A stretch of 24,194 nucleotides of DNA from an uncultured Gammaproteobacteria bacterium (GTDB taxonomy: Bacteria > Patescibacteriota > Patescibacteriia > Magasanikbacterales > GWA2-37-8). Numbering within the stretch: the stretch's first letter is position 1; the number at the start of each line of letters is the position of its first letter. Both the position numbers and the translations under genes were made by a program. Location of the stretch: the NCBI GenBank assembly GCA_964359335.1, contig CAYHSR010000001.1:1-24194 (forward strand), read 5' to 3'. Below are positions 1-6,744 of this stretch, piece after piece. The notes beneath the pieces were generated by a model. The model searched no databases, had not been told where the DNA came from, and saw only the letters and a program-made list of their open reading frames with translations.

Positions 1-1
1 A

Positions 2-55
2 ACAGATAATTCCGCTTATTCGCCGGAGGTGAAGAGTGTGAGTGTGGGGAATTAA
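2..55 (+). CDS. Probable 3' end of an upstream gene (partial)
   Basis: Open frame from the window edge (TDNSAYSPEVKSVSVGN) ending in TAA at 53-55, 9 nt before the next ATG. Too short to identify. Confidence 0.35.
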   Translation, partial: TDNSAYSPEVKSVSVGN

Positions 56-64
56 TCTTGATCA

Positions 65-1501
65 ATGTCCATTTTATATAGACTTACGGTTTTTAGAGTA
101 TTATTGATTTACGCGCTCATCCGTTTGCTTTCTTTTTTGACTTGGAATCACGCGTACGCGAATCAAACGATTGCCGCCATGCTCATCTTGGCTTTTGTTT
201 ATATTTCCATAAAAAAACTTTCTTTCGCATGGATGATATTAATAGCGGAATTTTTTCTCAATGGAGCTGGACATTTTTTTGAATTTTTTGATTTGCTTTT
301 ACGAACTTGGTTTTTAGGAATTTTTGGCATCATCTGGCTGGCGCAAAAAGTAAAACAAAAAAATATTTGCGCTCATCCACAACTTTTTCTAAGCGCCAGT
401 ATTAGCTTGATTGTAGCTGGAGTGTTTCTTTTACTTTCCATCGTGAATGGGTATCTGCGCCAGCACACTATAATGTTTATCGCCCAAGACGCGATTCTGT
501 ATCTATTTTTTCTTTTATTATTCCCAGCGTTGGAAATGTTGAAATATCCAGATGCGACACTTGCTAAAATTGCGTATGGATATATTTTAGGATCAGCAAT
601 TTTTTCTTTTGTAACCGTTTATATTTACGCGAGCGGGATCGGAACTCTGCCGGACGCGTATTATCATTGGTTTCGCAATATCGCTGCTGGCAAAATTACC
701 GATATAGGAAATAATTTTTTTCGGATTGTTTTGCCTGAGCATTTGCTTATGGTTCCGGCAATTCTCATCATCGCGTCATATCTCATGAAAGATCCAAAAA
801 ATAAAAAACTCTGGTTATATATTATTTGCGCGTCATTTGTTCTTATGTTAAATTTTTCCAGAATATATTTTATTGGATTGATCGCGGGTTTTGTTATATT
901 AAAATTCAAGCAAAGTTTGAAAAATTGGTTCTTAATCTCTGCCACGGTTCTGATGTCAATTTTTTTGATGTTTATAGCCACTAACCTTATCGTGAGTCGT
1001 GGACAATCATTTGGTATTGAATTGTTGGGTGTTCGGATGGGAGGAATGACAGCACCTAAAACTGAGCTGAGCGGCGCCATCCGTTTGGCGTTGCTTCCGG
1101 ATATTTTTCGTACGATTAAACTTCATCCTTGGTTTGGTTCTGGTTTAGGAACAACCGTGTCATTTGTTCATCCAGTGACTAAAGAGTTAGAAATAAGGAC
1201 TCAATTTGATTGGGGATATCTGGAACTTCTGGCAGAGTTGGGGATTTTTGGAATGTTGGCGTATCTTATTTTTTTGCTGATTATTATATATATACTGGTT
1301 CGCCGCACTTGTTCCACCAATGGTCTGGCCAACAAGCACGGCTCTTTGTTCAACGGGCTTTTTGCCGGCGGGATAGCGCTTTTCATTATAAATATAACAA
1401 CTCCGGCGTTGTTTCAGGGTTTTGGAGTACTTTATTTTGTTTTTCTTTTAGTTCTTACAGTCGTAATTAAGCGTGAGGAACAGGCAATACATAATAAGTG
1501 A
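65..1501 (+). CDS. O-antigen ligase/polymerase (Wzy_C/WaaL-like) family membrane protein
   Basis: 478 aa, multiple TM segments; NFSRIYFIG loop, a conserved Arg in SGAIRLALL, HPWFGSGLG, and FDWGYLELLAELGIFG, matching the O-antigen ligase periplasmic loop pattern. Confidence 0.8.
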   Translation: MSILYRLTVFRVLLIYALIRLLSFLTWNHAYANQTIAAMLILAFVYISIKKLSFAWMILIAEFFLNGAGHFFEFFDLLLRTWFLGIFGIIWLAQKVKQKNICAHPQLFLSASISLIVAGVFLLLSIVNGYLRQHTIMFIAQDAILYLFFLLLFPALEMLKYPDATLAKIAYGYILGSAIFSFVTVYIYASGIGTLPDAYYHWFRNIAAGKITDIGNNFFRIVLPEHLLMVPAILIIASYLMKDPKNKKLWLYIICASFVLMLNFSRIYFIGLIAGFVILKFKQSLKNWFLISATVLMSIFLMFIATNLIVSRGQSFGIELLGVRMGGMTAPKTELSGAIRLALLPDIFRTIKLHPWFGSGLGTTVSFVHPVTKELEIRTQFDWGYLELLAELGIFGMLAYLIFLLIIIYILVRRTCSTNGLANKHGSLFNGLFAGGIALFIINITTPALFQGFGVLYFVFLLVLTVVIKREEQAIHNK

Positions 1502-1506
1502 TATAT

Positions 1507-1535
1507 TTGACTGTATCTATGTTTATTGTTATAAT
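1507..1535 (+). promoter_or_regulatory. Sigma70 promoter (extended -10) for the glycoside hydrolase gene
   Basis: TTGACT (1507-1512), 17-nt spacer, TGn plus TATAAT (1530-1535). Confidence 0.8.
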
Positions 1536-1566
1536 ATATTTATTATTTATTTAATGAAGAAAATTT

Positions 1567-3816
1567 ATGAGAAAATCATTGTTTTTCGTTGGCGCGTTTC
1601 TTTTATTAATTTTCACCGCTGGTTGCCAGGTTGATTTAGCCAATCTTGATCTATCCAAATTTAATATCGCGCAAGTTAAACAGGATCTTGTTAAATTACA
1701 AAAAAATGGCGGCGGCGTCAAGTTAGTCATTAAAAATGGAAAAACCGATACTTACAAAACCGCTCAAATATACCAACAGCTTACAAAGCCAGTACCGAAG
1801 CCAACACCAGTTCCAAATCCGAAGCCTACTCCTACACCAACTCCAACTCCGACACCCACGCCACAGCCGACTGACAAATGGAGCTTGTGGTCAAATGGCA
1901 CAAAATTGCGCGGCGCTAATATCTATCAAAGACGTGTTTATAAAGACTTAGATGGGGATACATTAGGTTCTGGTCCTGTTGGCCCGGTATTTACGCAACA
2001 AGATTTTGATGATCTGGCTAAATTAGGCGCTAATTGGGTGCAAATTGAACACCCAGGTTTTTACAGTGAAAAATCGCCATACATACTTGACATCAGCGTA
2101 CAGACCAATTTAGACAATCTAATCAGTATGGCCAAAAAAGCTAACTTGTTTGTTACTATTGCTTTTCGTACCGGTCCGGGCCGATCGGAATTTACTTTTT
2201 ATGATGAAGATGACGCAGATTGGTTCCCTGCTAGTTATAGAAATGATAATGTTTGGAAGGAAAAGGCTGCTCAGGACGCGTGGGCTGCTATGTGGAAATA
2301 TGTTGCCAATAGATATAAAGATGATCCAAAAATAGTTGGTTATAATTTAATGGTTGAACCAAATGGCGAATCTAGAGCTTTTACAACCGAACTGTGGGAA
2401 CCAGAAGAATTTTATCCAAAATACGCCAACACTTTAGCTGATTGGAACCAGATGTATCCAAAATTAGTTAGCGCGATCCGCCAATCAGATAGTAAAACCC
2501 CAATTATGGTTGGCTCGATGGGCTATAGTTCAGTGAATTGGTTACCATATATAAAGAAAATCAATGATTCCTATATAGTATATAGCGCTCATCAATATGA
2601 TCCATATGCTTATACGCATGACAGTGTGGCCAATTCCGTTTATCCCGGTAGTTTCAGTGTAGATGGCGAAAAAATTAATTTAAATAAAAGTTATTTAGAA
2701 AATGTCTATGCAAAGGCTATAAATGCCACCAAAAGTCATGGACGGCCATTAGTAATAGATGAATTTGGCGCGAATCGTTGGAAAATAGGTGTTGATAAGT
2801 TTATAGACGATAGTATGAGTATAATGGAAAAGAATGGAATAAATTACGCTATTTGGGTTTGGGATTCAGCTCAATGGATGAAAAATTTTTCAACCGATGA
2901 CAATTTTAACTTTACTCATGGGCCGAGTAAAAGTAATCACAAATATACAGAAAATAATCTGCTCAGTGTCGTAAAAAAGTATTTGGCAAAAAATACGACC
3001 CAAATTAAACCCGCTCCAACTCCAACACCGATTCCAACACCGACACCAATACCAACACCAATTCCCACTCCAACCACAACTCCAACTCCAACGTCTTCCG
3101 CTATTTGGATGCCAAAACCGCTAACAACATTTCAATGGCAGATTAGTGGAGATTCTATCGATTACAATATTGACGCTCAGGCCTATGATGTTGACGCGTT
3201 TGATGCAAGCAAAGACACGATAGATATTTTACACAAAAAAGGCAAGAAGGTAATTTGTTATGTTAATGTTGGTTCTTACGAAGATTGGCGTTCAGATAAA
3301 AATTCTTTTCCAGCTTCAATTTTGGGGAAAGATTATTCCGGTTGGCCTGGTGAAAAATGGTTAGACACGAGGAAATTAAATTTGCTTGGCCCGATAATGA
3401 AAAAACGTTTTGACATGGCCAAACAAAAAGGGTGTGATTCAATAGAGCCGGACAATATGGATAATCATGAAGCAAATTCTGGTTTCGCGATTACTTACCA
3501 AGACCAATTAAAATATAATATTTGGATAGCCAACGAAGTGCATAGCCGTGGCATGTCTGTCGGACTTAAAAATAACAGCGGCCAATTAAAAGATTTGTTG
3601 AGTTATTATGACTGGGCTTTGACGGAAAGTTGTTATGACCAAGGATGGTGTGATGATATGTTGCCGTTTACCAAATCCAATAAAGCTGTTTTTCAAGTTG
3701 AATATACTGAGAATGGAACGACTTTAAATCAATTTTGTCCACAAGCCAAAAAGAATCAGTTTACCGGAATACTTAAACACAGAATTCTAGACGCTTGGGT
3801 GCAGGTGTGTAAGTAA
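1567..3816 (+). CDS. Secreted or lipid-anchored modular glycoside hydrolase: signal peptide, PT linker, GH5-like TIM barrel, PT linker, GH114 (endo-alpha-1,4-polygalactosaminidase-like) domain
   Basis: N-terminal MRK plus hydrophobic stretch ending TAGC. GH5-like motifs GYNLMVEP, YSAHQYDP and VIDEFG. C-terminal domain has FQWQI, DVDAFD, VICYVNVGSYEDWR, WPGEKWLD, GCDSIEPDNMD, GLKN, LTESC and VFQVEY, typical of Glyco_hydro_114. Confidence 0.85.
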   Translation: MRKSLFFVGAFLLLIFTAGCQVDLANLDLSKFNIAQVKQDLVKLQKNGGGVKLVIKNGKTDTYKTAQIYQQLTKPVPKPTPVPNPKPTPTPTPTPTPTPQPTDKWSLWSNGTKLRGANIYQRRVYKDLDGDTLGSGPVGPVFTQQDFDDLAKLGANWVQIEHPGFYSEKSPYILDISVQTNLDNLISMAKKANLFVTIAFRTGPGRSEFTFYDEDDADWFPASYRNDNVWKEKAAQDAWAAMWKYVANRYKDDPKIVGYNLMVEPNGESRAFTTELWEPEEFYPKYANTLADWNQMYPKLVSAIRQSDSKTPIMVGSMGYSSVNWLPYIKKINDSYIVYSAHQYDPYAYTHDSVANSVYPGSFSVDGEKINLNKSYLENVYAKAINATKSHGRPLVIDEFGANRWKIGVDKFIDDSMSIMEKNGINYAIWVWDSAQWMKNFSTDDNFNFTHGPSKSNHKYTENNLLSVVKKYLAKNTTQIKPAPTPTPIPTPTPIPTPIPTPTTTPTPTSSAIWMPKPLTTFQWQISGDSIDYNIDAQAYDVDAFDASKDTIDILHKKGKKVICYVNVGSYEDWRSDKNSFPASILGKDYSGWPGEKWLDTRKLNLLGPIMKKRFDMAKQKGCDSIEPDNMDNHEANSGFAITYQDQLKYNIWIANEVHSRGMSVGLKNNSGQLKDLLSYYDWALTESCYDQGWCDDMLPFTKSNKAVFQVEYTENGTTLNQFCPQAKKNQFTGILKHRILDAWVQVCK
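1789..1872 (+). repeat. Pro/Thr-rich coding linker 1
   Basis: Degenerate CCNACN hexamer repeats encoding PVPKPTPVPNPKPTPTPTPTPTPTPQPT. Confidence 0.9.
3010..3093 (+). repeat. Pro/Thr-rich coding linker 2
   Basis: Degenerate CCNACN/CCNATN repeats encoding PAPTPTPIPTPTPIPTPIPTPTTTPTPT between the two catalytic domains. Confidence 0.9.
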
Positions 3817-3829
3817 TGTCTTATTCTTC

Positions 3830-3858
3830 TTGAATAAAAAATCAATTTATGCTAAACT
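3830..3858 (+). promoter_or_regulatory. Sigma70 promoter (extended -10) for secA
   Basis: TTGAAT (3830-3835), 17 nt, TGc plus TAAACT (3853-3858). Confidence 0.65.
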
Positions 3859-3890
3859 AAACAGGCCTAAAAATGGTCTGTTTTTATTTA
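3859..3890 (+). terminator. Intrinsic terminator-like hairpin between the GH gene and secA
   Basis: AAACAGGCC-TAAAAAT-GGTCTGTTT (one G-U pair) followed by a T-rich tail. Confidence 0.55.
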
Positions 3891-3895
3891 TCTTT

Positions 3896-6682
3896 ATGTC
3901 TTTTTTAACCAAACTTCTTGGTGATCCAAATAAAAAAATTATCGCCGGTATTCAACCGATAGTTGATAAAATAAACGCTCTTGAACCGGCAATGGCTGTT
4001 TTAAGTTTGGAACAATTAAAACAAAAAACTTTTGAATTTAAGGTAAGATTAAATCCGCCGACCGGCGGAGATGGCGAGACCTTAGATGATATTTTACCCG
4101 AGGCGTTTGCCGTGGCGCGGGAAGCGTCCAAACGTACGACTGGCATGCGCCATTATGATGTCCAATTAGTTGGCGGGGTGGTTTTGCATCGCGGTCAGAT
4201 CGCGGAAATGAAAACCGGTGAAGGAAAAACTTTAGTTGCAACTTTGTCAATATATTTAAATGCTTTAGCCTGCAAAGGCGTTCATTTAGTAACGGTCAAT
4301 GATTACTTAGCTAAACGTGACGCGATTTGGATGGGAAAGATTTATGACGCGTTGGGTTTGAGTGTCGGTGTGATACAGAATATGTTGGTGAGTTATCGGT
4401 ATGACGCGAAATTAAAAATGAAAAATGAAGAATTAAAAATAGATAATAAAGTTGAGGACGAGAAAGAGGCGGTGTTTAAAGTGGAAAATGAATATTTGGA
4501 ATCATGTTCGCGATCAGAGGCCTATAAATGCGATATTGTGTATGGCACCAATAACGAATTCGGGTTTGATTATTTACGCGACAACATGGCGCAAAATTGG
4601 GAAGACAAATCACAGCGGGAATTCAGTTTCGCAATCGTCGACGAGGTGGATTCTATTTTGATTGATGAAGCCCGAACGCCGTTAATCATATCAGCGCCAA
4701 CCGAAGATGCCAGTCAGATGTATTACAAATTTGCCGATTTAGTTAAGCGATTGAAAGAAAATGAAGATTATAATGTGGACGAAAAAATGCGCGCCGCTAC
4801 TTTAAGCGAAGCTGGTATAACCAAAATGGAACAATGGTTGAATATTGACAATATTTACGCCGAGGGAGGAATCAAGACCGTTCATCACGTTGAACAGGTC
4901 CTGCGCGCCCAAACATTATTTCAGAAGGACCGAGATTATATTATTGAAAACGATGAGGTCTTAATTGTTGATGAATTTACCGGCCGTAAGATGCCGGGTC
5001 GGCGTTATAGCGAGGGTTTGCATCAAGCAATTGAGGCCAAAGAGCGGGTGGTGATTCAACAAGAATCGCAAACCATGGCCACGATTACTTTTCAAAATTT
5101 TTTTCGGATGTATGACAAACTATCCGGTATGACTGGAACGGCCGTGACTGAAGCCGAGGAATTTGGCAAGATATATAATTTAGAAGTTGTCTCTATTCCC
5201 ACTCACAAACCAAACCAAAGAATCGATCAGCCGGATAAAATTTACAAAACCGAGGATCATAAATTTAAAGCGATTGCCAAATTAGTATGTGAACGGCAGA
5301 AAATTGGCCAGCCAATCTTAATCGGTACAGCGTCAGTGGAAAAAAACGAATTATTGTCAAAATATTTGGCCGACGAGGGTGTGGTTTTTGAGACCTTAAA
5401 CGCAAAAAACCACGAACGGGAGGGACAAACCATCGCTCAAGCGGGCCAATCAGGCAAGGTAACATTAGCGACCAATATGGCCGGACGCGGTGTGGATATT
5501 ATTTTGGGCGGTAATCCGATTGATATTGAAATGCAAAGCAAAGTTAAAGAATTGGGCGGGTTGTTGGTGATTGGCACAGAACGGCACGAAGCGCGTCGGA
5601 TTGACAATCAGTTGCGCGGACGCGCCGGACGCCAGGGCGATCAGGGTATGACGCAGTTTTATTTATCTACTCAAGACGATCTAATGCGGATTTTTGCCGG
5701 CGATCGTATTCGCTCGGTTATGAATACCTTGCGTGTGCCGGATGATCTACCGATTGAACAGAAATCAATTTCAAGAATTATTGAATCCGCGCAAAAAAAA
5801 GTGGAAGGGATTCATTTTGATACTCGTAAACATTTATTGGAATATGATGATGTGCTCAATCGCCATCGCGAGGTCGTGTACGGCAAGCGTGATGAAATAT
5901 TAAAAACTTTTTCCAAACAGAAAAAAGGCGAGGAAGTATCAATTAAACAAACTTTACGCGCCAAAATTTTACAAATGGTTGAGCAAGAAATAGAAAATTT
6001 AATTTCTTTTCATACTAATTCTGAAGAAAAGCGTGATTGGAACATTCAAGAAATTAATGAATCCATTCAGACCATTTTTCCTTTACAGCCAATCGAAAAA
6101 GATAAAATCATGGAATTTGCTAAAGTTGATGGAGTAGGGAAGTTAGGCGAAGTGGAAGCGCGCACGGCAATTATTGAATATGCGGTTGAATTGGCTAAAC
6201 AAAATTATGATAATTTGTTAGTCAAGCCAATGCCTGATTCGAATTTATTAATTGAGATTGAAAAACAGGTGCTGTTGCGCGGGATTGATAATTTATGGGT
6301 AGATCATTTGGTCGCCATTGATTATTTACGCACAGGTATCGGCCTGCGCGGTTATGGTCAGCGCGATCCGTTGGTTGAGTATAAAAAAGAAACCTATCGG
6401 ATGTTTCATGAATTGTTGGACGCGATAAACAAAGAAGTCGTGTATTTGATTTATAAAATTAATATTGGTATTCAATTAGCCCCTTCGGTAATGGCCAAAG
6501 GAAATTTACAGCTGTCCGGAGCGTCCAAAACATCCGGCAGTAACGGTCTTGCTCTTTTGTCGGTCGGTAATAAACAAAAAAATTCAGATGGTTCTAAAGT
6601 CGGACGCAACGATCCTTGCGTTTGCGGAGCGACCAATAGTGACGGCACGCCAAAAAAATATAAAAAGTGTTGCGGAAAATAA
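3896..6682 (+). CDS. secA: Preprotein translocase ATPase SecA (928 aa; start moved from track TTG 3830 to ATG 3896)
   Basis: MKTGEGKT Walker A, DEVDSILIDEARTPLIIS, QLRGRAGRQGD, and C-terminal GRNDPC zinc-binding motif. The upstream TTG is the promoter -35. Confidence 0.98.
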   Translation: MSFLTKLLGDPNKKIIAGIQPIVDKINALEPAMAVLSLEQLKQKTFEFKVRLNPPTGGDGETLDDILPEAFAVAREASKRTTGMRHYDVQLVGGVVLHRGQIAEMKTGEGKTLVATLSIYLNALACKGVHLVTVNDYLAKRDAIWMGKIYDALGLSVGVIQNMLVSYRYDAKLKMKNEELKIDNKVEDEKEAVFKVENEYLESCSRSEAYKCDIVYGTNNEFGFDYLRDNMAQNWEDKSQREFSFAIVDEVDSILIDEARTPLIISAPTEDASQMYYKFADLVKRLKENEDYNVDEKMRAATLSEAGITKMEQWLNIDNIYAEGGIKTVHHVEQVLRAQTLFQKDRDYIIENDEVLIVDEFTGRKMPGRRYSEGLHQAIEAKERVVIQQESQTMATITFQNFFRMYDKLSGMTGTAVTEAEEFGKIYNLEVVSIPTHKPNQRIDQPDKIYKTEDHKFKAIAKLVCERQKIGQPILIGTASVEKNELLSKYLADEGVVFETLNAKNHEREGQTIAQAGQSGKVTLATNMAGRGVDIILGGNPIDIEMQSKVKELGGLLVIGTERHEARRIDNQLRGRAGRQGDQGMTQFYLSTQDDLMRIFAGDRIRSVMNTLRVPDDLPIEQKSISRIIESAQKKVEGIHFDTRKHLLEYDDVLNRHREVVYGKRDEILKTFSKQKKGEEVSIKQTLRAKILQMVEQEIENLISFHTNSEEKRDWNIQEINESIQTIFPLQPIEKDKIMEFAKVDGVGKLGEVEARTAIIEYAVELAKQNYDNLLVKPMPDSNLLIEIEKQVLLRGIDNLWVDHLVAIDYLRTGIGLRGYGQRDPLVEYKKETYRMFHELLDAINKEVVYLIYKINIGIQLAPSVMAKGNLQLSGASKTSGSNGLALLSVGNKQKNSDGSKVGRNDPCVCGATNSDGTPKKYKKCCGK
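4054..4069. repeat. Short GC-rich palindrome in frame in secA
   Basis: TCCGCC-GACC-GGCGGA, encoding PPTGG. Confidence 0.7.
4408..4449 (+). repeat. Degenerate heptamer tandem array (6 x 7 nt) in frame in secA
   Basis: GAAATTA AAAATGA AAAATGA AGAATTA AAAATAG ATAATAA; encodes KLKMKNEELKIDNK. Confidence 0.65.
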
Positions 6683-6686
6683 CCCC

Positions 6687-6715
6687 TTGCCTTTTTTTCA
6701 TAAATGGTTTAAAAT
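6687..6715 (+). promoter_or_regulatory. Sigma70 promoter for secD-secF
   Basis: TTGCCT (6687-6692), 17 nt, TAAAAT (6710-6715). Confidence 0.6.
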
Positions 6716-6744
6716 CAAAGAAAAGTTTTTATCAAATTTATTTT

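Noticed and set aside
1789-3093. Two repeat tracts about 1.2 kb apart as a CRISPR array or mobile-element ends
   Set aside because: They are degenerate hexamer codon repeats for Pro/Thr linkers, with no constant repeat-spacer structure.
3830-3895. N-terminal extensions of SecA, SecD (6667), the ABC protein (9802), the helicase (11663), the DUF721 protein (14629), MreB (15390) and MreC (16446)
   Set aside because: The extensions run through promoters, hairpins or upstream genes and do not resemble the families; downstream ATGs fit better.
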